Assembly: GCA_964291625.2 (NCBI GenBank)
Contig: OZ220089.1
Location: 3,872,001 to 3,936,000 of the forward strand
Source: Candidatus Latescibacterota bacterium
GTDB lineage: Bacteria > Latescibacterota > UBA2968 > UBA8231
DNA length: 64,000 nucleotides
Direction: 5' to 3'
In this document: piece by piece, positions 20,278 through 28,892 of the stretch
Position numbering within the stretch: the stretch's first letter is position 1
Layout of the letters: each line of letters opens with the position of its first letter
The notes under the pieces: generated by a model
The model's database searches: none
Told to the model about the DNA's origin: nothing
The model's input: only the letters and a program-made list of their open reading frames with translations
Translations under genes and position numbers: made by a program

Positions 20278-23052
20278 CTACCGCAGCAGGGTGAGCTTGC
20301 GGGTCTGCGCCCCCGCGGACGTCACCAGCCGGTACACGTAGACGCCGCTGGCCAGCGGCCGTCCCCGGTCGTCCCGGCCATCCCAGCCCAGGCGGTGCAT
20401 CCCGGCCTCCCGCGGACCCACGTGCAGCACCGCCACCCGCTGGCCCGTCAGGGCGAAGACCTCCAGGCGCGCCGGACCGGACCTCAGCTGGAGCCAGGGG
20501 ATCACCGTCCGGCTGTTGAAGGGGTTGGGGGCGTTCTGCTGCAGGCCGGGGGCCTCGGGCAGCCCGATCCGCTCCCGGGCCATGGCCACCAGTCTGGCCC
20601 GGGCCGGCTGGCCGAAGTGCTCTGCGAAGAGGTAGAAGTCGGCCAGGTCCACCGTGCCGCCGGCGTCCAGGTCGAAGCGGGGGTCGCTGCCGCCGAAGGC
20701 CTCGACGAAGAGGAAGAAGTCGGGGAAGCCGACCTCGCCGTCGAGGTCGAAGTCGGGCGTGGCCCTGGCGCCGGCGGTGAAGGTCACCGGCTCCAGCCCG
20801 GCCACGGCGGCCGCGACGGTGTTCGTCCCCGGGTCGCGCCCGAGGGTCAGGGTCGTGGCGGCGCGGCCTTGGGCGTCGGTCGTGTCCACGGCCGCCGACA
20901 GCGTCCCCCCGCCGGCGGTGACCTCGAAGGTGACCTCGGCGCCCTCGAGGAGGTCGCCGTGCTGATCTCTCACTTCCACCACGAAGGGACTGTGCAGCTG
21001 CGACTGGAGCGGTCCTTCCTGCTCCTCGCCGCCGACCGCGGCCAGCGCTTTGGGATTCGGGAGAATGGACGCCACGTCCCACAGCAGGATCGTGCCGTCC
21101 TGGGAGGAGGAAGCGAGGACCGTCCCGTCGGGTGAGAACACTACCGTGCTGACGATGTGTCCGTGTCCATCCAGGGTGGCGAGAATGTCGCCCGTGGCCA
21201 CCTCCCACAGCCTGACCCGCCCGTCCTGGTGGCCGGCAGCGAAGAGGGTCCCGTCAGGGGAGAGATCCACGCCCTGGGCCCAGTCCCGTTGCAGCGTCCT
21301 GATATTGGCGCCCCTCGCCACGTCCCAGAGGTTGACGCGATTGCTCGACCCGGATAGCAGGGACCCGCCGTCCGGGGAGAACGAGAGGGCCTGAACGCCA
21401 TATTCATGCCCGGAGGCGGAAGCGGCCGTGGAGGTGCCTTCCGCCAGGTCCCAGAGCCGGACCCTTCCCTTCGACGAACCCGACGCCAGGGTCCTGCCAT
21501 CGGGTGAGAACAGGAGGGATGTGACCGCTATGGTCAGATGTCCGTCCGGGCCGATCTGGATCCGGTCCACATCGCCGAGGAGGGAGCGGATCCTCGTCTT
21601 CGACTCCAGGTCCCACAGGTAGATCACATCCTCGTCGGTACCTGCCGCGAGGGTCATGCCATCCGGTGCAAAGGCTACGGATGTGATCTTCGGTACATAG
21701 TGCTCCGACGGGATCGTGCGCATGGGACCGAGACTGCCGATCGGGGCGCCCGTGGCCGCGTCCAGAAGTCGCACCTCGCCGCCATGGACCCCTTGAGCGA
21801 GAGTCCCGCCGTCGGGCGAAAAGGCCAGCACCCTGTCCCGGCTCGCCCCGGTGAGGGTGGCGGTCCTTCGTCCCGTCGCCACATCCCACAGGTCGATCGA
21901 CGCGTCCCAGGCGTAGGCGGTCGTCGCCAGCGTCGATCCGTCGGGCGAAAAGGCCAGGCCGGGGAGGACCTCCATGTGCTCTGAGAGAGCGGTGGCCTCT
22001 CCCGTGGTCAGATCCCAGAGGAAGACCGATCCTTCCGTGGCCGAGGCGATGGTCCTGCCATCCGGGGAAAAGGCGACCGACTCAACAAGGTCTCCCTGTC
22101 CGTAGAAGGTGTGGATTTTCGCTTTGGCCAGATCCCACACCTGGACGGTACCAAGCGGGCCCCCGGAGGCGAGGATGGCTGGATCCGGGGAATACGAGAC
22201 CGAGAAGACCTGGAGCTTTACTCCCAGATGCTGGCGTCCTCGCATGCGGAGCTCGAGGGTGAGGGCATGGGTACCGGTCTCCACGTCCCACAGCTGGACC
22301 GTGCCATCCCTGGATGCCGAGGCTACGGTCGTCCCGTCCGGGGAGAAGGAGACGGACCGGATCTCCTCCCAGTGCCTGAAGGTGACGGTGTTGGCTCCGG
22401 TCGCCAGGTCCCACAGCCGGACCGATCCGTCCATTTCCCCTGCCACGAGCGCCGTTCCGCCTGGAGAGAAGGACACGGAAGTGACCTCGGAGGTCTCTCC
22501 ATCGAGGGTGGTGGCAAGCCGGCTGCCCGTCGCCAGGTCCCACAGTTCGACCGGCGAACCTCCCGTGCCGGTGGCGAGGGTTCCCCCATCGGGAGCAAGG
22601 GCCATGGCCTCGATCCAGGCCTCCCCGCCGAGTGCGGCGGTTCGGGTGCCCGCCGCGACGTCCCACAGCTCGATCCCCCCCTGCGAGCCAAGCACGAGAG
22701 TCGTGCCGTCGGTGGTGTAGGCCACCGCCTGGGCCCTCTCGACGGGCAGCAGCGTCAGCCTGCTCCGGTCCTCCAGGTCGTACAGCCATACGCCGATGAC
22801 GGTCGCCACGGCGAGGGATCGCCCATCCGGGGCAAAGGTGACCGCCCTGTCGCTCTGGCTGACGCGTCCCTTCCCCAGGCGGACCGTGGCGCCATCGGGC
22901 AGGTTCCACGTGGGGTACTCTGCCTCCGAGAGGGACACGGCCGAGAGTCCGTCTCCCGCGCTGCCGTCCGGTCCGTTCGTGGCATGGGCGCCCGCCAGGT
23001 GCACAACGAGAGCGGGCAGCGCCAACAGGACGGGGTGAACGGGGATTCTCAT
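20278..23052 (-). CDS. Secreted WD40-repeat protein with Big_1 Ig domain, dockerin/EF-hand-like pair and FlgD-Ig C-terminal domain
   Basis: Signal peptide, WNLPDGATVRLGKG cap, many SVxFSPDGxxLASGxxDGTVxLWD repeats, VEVRDQ..VTF..GGG, DFDLDGEVGFPDF and NAPNPFN..WDGRD..ASGVY. Confidence 0.9.
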   Translation of the reverse strand: MRIPVHPVLLALPALVVHLAGAHATNGPDGSAGDGLSAVSLSEAEYPTWNLPDGATVRLGKGRVSQSDRAVTFAPDGRSLAVATVIGVWLYDLEDRSRLTLLPVERAQAVAYTTDGTTLVLGSQGGIELWDVAAGTRTAALGGEAWIEAMALAPDGGTLATGTGGSPVELWDLATGSRLATTLDGETSEVTSVSFSPGGTALVAGEMDGSVRLWDLATGANTVTFRHWEEIRSVSFSPDGTTVASASRDGTVQLWDVETGTHALTLELRMRGRQHLGVKLQVFSVSYSPDPAILASGGPLGTVQVWDLAKAKIHTFYGQGDLVESVAFSPDGRTIASATEGSVFLWDLTTGEATALSEHMEVLPGLAFSPDGSTLATTAYAWDASIDLWDVATGRRTATLTGASRDRVLAFSPDGGTLAQGVHGGEVRLLDAATGAPIGSLGPMRTIPSEHYVPKITSVAFAPDGMTLAAGTDEDVIYLWDLESKTRIRSLLGDVDRIQIGPDGHLTIAVTSLLFSPDGRTLASGSSKGRVRLWDLAEGTSTAASASGHEYGVQALSFSPDGGSLLSGSSNRVNLWDVARGANIRTLQRDWAQGVDLSPDGTLFAAGHQDGRVRLWEVATGDILATLDGHGHIVSTVVFSPDGTVLASSSQDGTILLWDVASILPNPKALAAVGGEEQEGPLQSQLHSPFVVEVRDQHGDLLEGAEVTFEVTAGGGTLSAAVDTTDAQGRAATTLTLGRDPGTNTVAAAVAGLEPVTFTAGARATPDFDLDGEVGFPDFFLFVEAFGGSDPRFDLDAGGTVDLADFYLFAEHFGQPARARLVAMARERIGLPEAPGLQQNAPNPFNSRTVIPWLQLRSGPARLEVFALTGQRVAVLHVGPREAGMHRLGWDGRDDRGRPLASGVYVYRLVTSAGAQTRKLTLLR

Positions 23053-23070
23053 GGGACCCTCGGGCCGCCC

Positions 23071-26000
23071 TCAGCGCAGCAGGGTGAGCTTGCGCGTCTG
23101 CGCGGCCCCGGCGGTCATCAGCCGGCACACGTAGACGCCGCTGGCCAGCGGCCGGCCCTGGTCGTCGCGGCCGTCCCAGCGCAGGTGGTGCAGGCCGGCC
23201 TCCTGCGGACCATCATGCAGCACCGCGACTCTCTGGCCCGTCAGGGCGAACACCTCCAGGCGGGCCACCCCCGGATCCAGCACGAACCAGGAAATCACCG
23301 TCTGGCTGTTGAAGGGGTTGGGCGCGTTCTGCTGCAGTCCGGGTCCCTCGGGGAGCCCGATCAGTCCCTGGGCCAGGGCCACCAGCCTGGCCCGCGCCGG
23401 CTGGCCGAAGTGCTCGGAGAAGAGGAAGAAGTCGGCGAAGTCCACCGAGCCGCTGGCGTCCAGGTCGAAGCGGGGGTCACCGCTTCCGAAGTGCTCGGCG
23501 AAGAGGTAGAAGTCGGCGAGGCCGACCTCGCCGTCGCCGTCGAAGTCGGGTGCCGGCACCCGGGTGGCCGTGAAGGCCACCGGCTCCAGACCCTCCACGG
23601 CGGCCTCCACGGTGATCGGCCCCAGCTCCTCGCCCAGGGTCAGGGTGGTGGACGCCAGCCCCTCCGCGTCGGTGGTGTCGGCGGCGGCCGAGAGCGTCCC
23701 GTCCCCGGCGGCGGTGACGGCAAAGGTGACGGCCACGCCGGGCAGGGCCTCCCCGTTCTGATCGAGCACCGAGACGACGAAGGGCTCGGCGAGGGCGCCC
23801 CCGGCCGCCAGCTGTCCGTCCCCGGAGAGCTTCGCCAGGCTCCGGGGAACGGCGATGCCGACGGCGGTGAAGGTCACCGGCGCCAGCCCGGCCACCGTCA
23901 CCTCGACCGCATTGGGCCCCGGAGTGCGGCCCAGGGTCAGGGTGGTGGCCGCCTGTCCGCGGGCGTCGGTGGTGGCCGTGGCCGCCGAGAGGGTGCCGCC
24001 GCCGGCGGTGACGGCGAAGGTGACGGCCACCCCGGCCATCGGCGAGCCCGCCTGGTCGAGCAGGGAAACGACGAGAGGGGCGGCCAGGGGGGAGCCGCTC
24101 GCTCCCTGCTGTTCATCGCCCCCGACCTTGTCCAGGGTCGTGGGGGCAGCCCGCGTATGGGCGGAGAACGTCACGGCCTCGAGATCGTCCACAATGGCCA
24201 GCACGGTGTTCGGTCCTGGTGAGCTGCCCAGGGTCAGGGTGGTGGCGGCCCGGCCGCGGGCGTCGGTCTCGCTCGTCTCGACCGACAGGGACCCGCCGCC
24301 GCCGATGATCCGGAAGAGAACGCGGACGCCTTCCAGGGGATCTCCGTTCTGATCCCTGACCTCGATGACAAAGGGCTCGGAGAGGACGGCATCGGGCCCG
24401 CCTTCCTGTGCGTCGCCGGACACCCCGGTCACGGTCCGCGGCTGGAGCAGAACACGCCCGAGGTCCCAGACCAGGGCGGTGCCGTCCTCCGATCCCGAGG
24501 CGAAGGTCGATCCGTCGGGGGCAAAGGCCAGGCTCCCGACGTGACCTCCATGGCCTTCGAGGGTGGCGATCAGGGTGCCCGTGGCAACGTCCCGCACCTC
24601 CAGCACGTCGACATTGTGCAGGTCGAGAGTTCCCGAGACGACGATCGATCCGTCGGGGGAAAAGAGCGCGTTGGAAGCGTATCCCGGGTATTCGATCGAC
24701 AAGGTGGCCTGGTTGCTCCCGGGAGGGACTTTCCAGATGGAGATCGTCTCACGGTCGGGCCGTGCAAGTGCGAGAGCTGTCCCGTCGGGAGTGAAGGACG
24801 CCCCGTAGATCGGGTCGGAGACGCCCCGGGCGAGGATGCTCGCGCCCGTGGCCAGGTCCCACATGTCCAGACCGGCTGCCGCCGCGGCCAGTGTCGTCCC
24901 GTCCGGGGAGAAGGCCAGGGAGCCGATCCCCTGGACATCTCCCTCGTAGGTGGCGGTAGACTCCCCGGACACCACGTCCCAGAGCGTGACCTTGCCCCTG
25001 GCATCCCCCGAGGCGATCGACCCACCGTCCGGCGAGAAGGCCACGGCGCTGATCCAGCTGCCATCTGGCGCTGCGAGAGTGGTGATCTCGGCGGCCGTGG
25101 CCACGTCCCACAGCTTGACCGTCCGATCCGACGAGGCGGAGGCCAGGGTAGCCCCATCCGGCGAGAAGACCACGGAATTGAGCCGGCCCGTGTGGCCCTC
25201 GAGAATGGCGGTGTTGGTCGCTGTCCCCAGGTCCCAGAGGTGGACCTCGTCGAAGCCCATGACCGCAGCCAGCGTTTTCCCATCCGGAGCCAGGGCCACG
25301 GAACGGGACGCCCCGCCGAAATGTCCCTCCGCAATCGTGACGGCGCTTCTCCTGGCCAGGTCCCAGAGCGCGACACTCGCGTTGCCGACGAATCCGGAGG
25401 CCAACGCCCTGCCATCGGGCGAGAAGGCTACAAGACCGCCGCTCCCCGCGGCGATGGTGGTAGCGTGTCCCGTGGAGAGGTCCCACAACCGGACATCGTA
25501 CGACCCCGAGGCGAGGGTGCTGCCATCAGGGGAGAAGTCCAGGGAGACGACCCATCTCTCGTGCCCCTCAAGGGTGGTGACGGCGCCGGTGACCACGTCC
25601 CAGAGCTTGATCGTGTGGTCGAGGGACGCGGAAGCAACTGTCCCTCCGTCGGGCGAGAAGGAGACGTCCCAGACCTCGGCGCCATGGCCCCGGAAGATCT
25701 CGGTCCCGGCAGCCGTCTCCACGTCCCACAAGCGGACCGTATGGTCATGCAATCCCCCCGCCAGGGTCTTCCCGTCGGGGGAGAACGCCACGGACCGGAT
25801 CCCCCACAGGCCTGCCTCGGAAATGGCAGCCCTCAGGGTCGCCGTCTCCACGTCCCACAGCTCGATGCCAGTGGATGCGGAAGCGAGTGTGCTCCCATCG
25901 GGCGAGAAGGCGACGCTTTCAGCAGTTACCTCGAGAGCCACTATCTGGTGGCCTGTCTCCACGTCCCACAGCCTGACCTTGTCCTTGTGACTCCCGCAGG

Positions 26001-28500
26001 AGGCGAGGGTGGTCCCATCGGGCGAGAAGGCCAGGTCCCTGGCTGGACGGGCGGGCAGCAGGGCCAATTCCCGGTAGGTCGCTGCATCGTACAACCAGAT
26101 ACCGGCATCCGTTCCCACGGCGAGAACCTCGCCATCGGGTGAGAAGGCGAAGTCCCGGATCCGGCCCTTTCCCAGACGGACGGTGGCGGCATGGGGCAGA
26201 CGCCAGGTATGGAAGTCACCTTCCATGCGGGGTGGGTCCAGGCCTCCGGCCCCTGCGGCGCTGAAGGAGAAGCCCTGGAGCCCGGGGGAGGAGACCTCCA
26301 CGATGTTCGTGCCCTGGAGGGGGCCGAGGGTGAGCACCGCCTCGACCCGGCCGCTGTCGTCCGTCGTCCTGCTCTGCAGCGTGAACCGCCCGCCGACGCT
26401 CCCATCTCCCTGGGTGACCGCGAAGGTGACCTCCACACCCGGCAGGGGGGCGTCGTACTGATCCCGCACCTCGACGACGAGCGGGTTCGCCAATACCTCT
26501 CCGCCCGCTCCCCGCTGCTGGTCCCCCGAGACCATCACCAGCCTCCGAGGCCGCGGCACCTGCCATTCGGCAATCTCCCAGAGCCCGATTCTGCCGTCCT
26601 CCGTTCCCGCGGCCAGCGTCGCTCCATCGGGCGAGAACGCCACCGTGTTGACTCTCCTGCCCTCCCCCTGCAGCGTGGCGAGCCTGTCCTTCGTCACCGG
26701 GTCCCACAGGCAGACAGCCAGGTCGGCCCCCGAAGCGAGCAGGGACCCGTCGGCGGAGAAGGCCACCGATCGGACGGGCCCGTCGTGTCCTTCGAGCACG
26801 GCGACGCTCTCCCCTTCGGCCACGTCCCACAGCCGCACGGTGAAATCCTCCCATGCGGATGCGATCAGGGTCCCCTCCGGTGAGAAGGCCACGGCGTTGA
26901 CGCCGCCGCCTCCACCGGTGCCGCCGGGCCGATAGGCCGCGACTTCGGTCCGTCTCTCCAGGTCCCACAGTCGAACCCAATCCCTGGAGCCGGAAGCGAG
27001 ACTCGCGCCGTCGGGGGAGAAGGCCACCGAGGAAGCGTCCGTGGGCAAGGTCGCGGCAGTGGTCTGCGCCGCCATGTCCCACAGCCGGATGCCGTCCGCC
27101 GCCCCGGAGGCCAGCATCGCTCCGTCGGGCGAGAAAGCGAGGGAGCGGATCGACTCGGTATGGCCGCCGAGATTGCCGACCACCTGGCCGCCTTCCAGGT
27201 CCAGCAGCTGAAGCAGTCCGCCGGCTGTGGACGCCAGGATCGTGCCGTCGGGCGAAATAGCCACCGCTCTGGTTCCACCAAAGAGGGAGGTCGTCCCTGT
27301 CAGCGTCTCCAGGTCCCACAGTACAGTCCCCCCGAACGACGCGGAGGCCAGGATTTCGCCTCCGGGGGCAAATGTCACTGCATGGACCTGGTCGTCTGCC
27401 TCGAGGGTGGCGAGATGCTGCCGCGACAGTTGCCACAGGTCGAAGCTGAGATAGCTCCTGTTTCCGTCGGTATCGAGCACGGTGATGCTGATTGGATGCA
27501 CCGGGGGGTTGGACAGATCCGACAGGCCATAGGCGCTGCCGGAGGGGATCACGCCATCGTAGTCGATTTCGACGACAGCCTCTTTCTCGCCCATCAATCC
27601 GCGGCAACCCTTCAGTTCATCGCCTACTGGATGGATGGCGTACGTCTGCCTCGTGGGAACCCTCAGGCGCAACTGCTGAAGTCCGTCCGGGTCGCTGAGC
27701 TCGAGCCGGATGGGAGCGCTCGCCGAGCCTTCCGGGTAGATCGACGGGGAAAGCAGTCTGATAGCTGGCGCCTCTCCCCATTCGACTCCCACAGCGGGGT
27801 TGAAGTAGGGATGAGCGGCCAGGAATTCGGCGCTGCACGGAGACAGGGAGTCATTTGAGCCGTAGGACAGGACGTATGAACCATCGCGGAAGTCGTGTCC
27901 CATACCGAAGGCGTGGGCCAGCTCATGGGCCAGAATCCGCCGGGTGAATCGACCGCCCACCAGGGCGGCACCTCCCTGTTTCGACCACCAGGTTCCCTCT
28001 CCGCCATGTTTCCGATTGATCCGGTTGTTGCTGATGTCGATGACAAAGAGACTGATGCTCTTGGACAGATCGAACCCCTGCCTGATCTCATCGGCCAGGG
28101 CCCAGGTGCCGTCGATGTAGTGACTGTCGGGGTATTGCCCATCCACGCGGTGAACGACCGGGTCGCCCTCGTCATCCCTCTCCAACCGGAAGGTCCTGTA
28201 CCCGAACCCGTGGGCCTCCATCTGCCTGCCGTACCAGACCTGAACGCTGTCCATCTCGTCCCGGATCCTCTGGACCACGTGCACGCGCAGCCGGCGGTCA
28301 CTGGGCAGGAAGTAGAACATCCGCACCGTGCGCGGCTCACCGGCGTCGAGATTCGCCAGCCGCTTGCCGGCGGCACGGATGAAGGACGGAGACTGTCCGG
28401 GCTCCAGGAACAGGCAGGTATGCAGGCTGTCGGAGGGAGACGGCGAGGCGTGGCAGACGGCCGGGGGGAAGAGCAGGAGAGCGAGTACCAGCTTCTTCAC
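23071..28500 (-). CDS. Giant secreted protein: zinc-metalloprotease-like domain + two WD40 blocks + Big_1 Ig repeats + dockerin-like pair + FlgD-Ig CTD
   Basis: GTG start MKKLVLALLLFPPAVCHA, HELAHAFGMGH (HExxHxxGxxH), WD40 repeats, four Ig-like repeats, and the same C-terminal cassette as the neighbouring gene. Confidence 0.88.
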   Translation of the reverse strand: MKKLVLALLLFPPAVCHASPSPSDSLHTCLFLEPGQSPSFIRAAGKRLANLDAGEPRTVRMFYFLPSDRRLRVHVVQRIRDEMDSVQVWYGRQMEAHGFGYRTFRLERDDEGDPVVHRVDGQYPDSHYIDGTWALADEIRQGFDLSKSISLFVIDISNNRINRKHGGEGTWWSKQGGAALVGGRFTRRILAHELAHAFGMGHDFRDGSYVLSYGSNDSLSPCSAEFLAAHPYFNPAVGVEWGEAPAIRLLSPSIYPEGSASAPIRLELSDPDGLQQLRLRVPTRQTYAIHPVGDELKGCRGLMGEKEAVVEIDYDGVIPSGSAYGLSDLSNPPVHPISITVLDTDGNRSYLSFDLWQLSRQHLATLEADDQVHAVTFAPGGEILASASFGGTVLWDLETLTGTTSLFGGTRAVAISPDGTILASTAGGLLQLLDLEGGQVVGNLGGHTESIRSLAFSPDGAMLASGAADGIRLWDMAAQTTAATLPTDASSVAFSPDGASLASGSRDWVRLWDLERRTEVAAYRPGGTGGGGGVNAVAFSPEGTLIASAWEDFTVRLWDVAEGESVAVLEGHDGPVRSVAFSADGSLLASGADLAVCLWDPVTKDRLATLQGEGRRVNTVAFSPDGATLAAGTEDGRIGLWEIAEWQVPRPRRLVMVSGDQQRGAGGEVLANPLVVEVRDQYDAPLPGVEVTFAVTQGDGSVGGRFTLQSRTTDDSGRVEAVLTLGPLQGTNIVEVSSPGLQGFSFSAAGAGGLDPPRMEGDFHTWRLPHAATVRLGKGRIRDFAFSPDGEVLAVGTDAGIWLYDAATYRELALLPARPARDLAFSPDGTTLASCGSHKDKVRLWDVETGHQIVALEVTAESVAFSPDGSTLASASTGIELWDVETATLRAAISEAGLWGIRSVAFSPDGKTLAGGLHDHTVRLWDVETAAGTEIFRGHGAEVWDVSFSPDGGTVASASLDHTIKLWDVVTGAVTTLEGHERWVVSLDFSPDGSTLASGSYDVRLWDLSTGHATTIAAGSGGLVAFSPDGRALASGFVGNASVALWDLARRSAVTIAEGHFGGASRSVALAPDGKTLAAVMGFDEVHLWDLGTATNTAILEGHTGRLNSVVFSPDGATLASASSDRTVKLWDVATAAEITTLAAPDGSWISAVAFSPDGGSIASGDARGKVTLWDVVSGESTATYEGDVQGIGSLAFSPDGTTLAAAAAGLDMWDLATGASILARGVSDPIYGASFTPDGTALALARPDRETISIWKVPPGSNQATLSIEYPGYASNALFSPDGSIVVSGTLDLHNVDVLEVRDVATGTLIATLEGHGGHVGSLAFAPDGSTFASGSEDGTALVWDLGRVLLQPRTVTGVSGDAQEGGPDAVLSEPFVIEVRDQNGDPLEGVRVLFRIIGGGGSLSVETSETDARGRAATTLTLGSSPGPNTVLAIVDDLEAVTFSAHTRAAPTTLDKVGGDEQQGASGSPLAAPLVVSLLDQAGSPMAGVAVTFAVTAGGGTLSAATATTDARGQAATTLTLGRTPGPNAVEVTVAGLAPVTFTAVGIAVPRSLAKLSGDGQLAAGGALAEPFVVSVLDQNGEALPGVAVTFAVTAAGDGTLSAAADTTDAEGLASTTLTLGEELGPITVEAAVEGLEPVAFTATRVPAPDFDGDGEVGLADFYLFAEHFGSGDPRFDLDASGSVDFADFFLFSEHFGQPARARLVALAQGLIGLPEGPGLQQNAPNPFNSQTVISWFVLDPGVARLEVFALTGQRVAVLHDGPQEAGLHHLRWDGRDDQGRPLASGVYVCRLMTAGAAQTRKLTLLR

Positions 28501-28892
28501 TTCTCGAAGCCCCTTGAAACGCTGTGAGCACGCCCGTCCGCGTCCCTGTGGCCGTCACCGACGGGAACACGTATTCCGACTCTCCTTCCATGTCAAGGGA
28601 TCTCTCTTGTCCTCCAACATCACCTGCCGCAGCATGCTGTTTGTGTATGCGATACGTCTTTGTCGTATCTGCTTGGGAAGTCTCCGTGGCAGTCCCGGAT
28701 GTGTATGGGGTATTCGGGCCCTCTTGCGCAGTCACCTCCTCATACGGAATTCTCGTAGATCGTCGTATTCCGGGTGCGTGGCAGCCCCTGGAGGAGGCTG
28801 GTGGATCCTGCAGTAACGGCGCCCCAGGGAAGGCGCAAGGACGGGGGTTCCGCCCCGGGATCGATGGGGGTCCGCTTCTCTACAAGGGCAGT

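Noticed and set aside
28566-28596. TTGACA on the minus strand upstream of the giant WD40 gene
   Set aside because: No convincing -10 box at 16-18 bp spacing.
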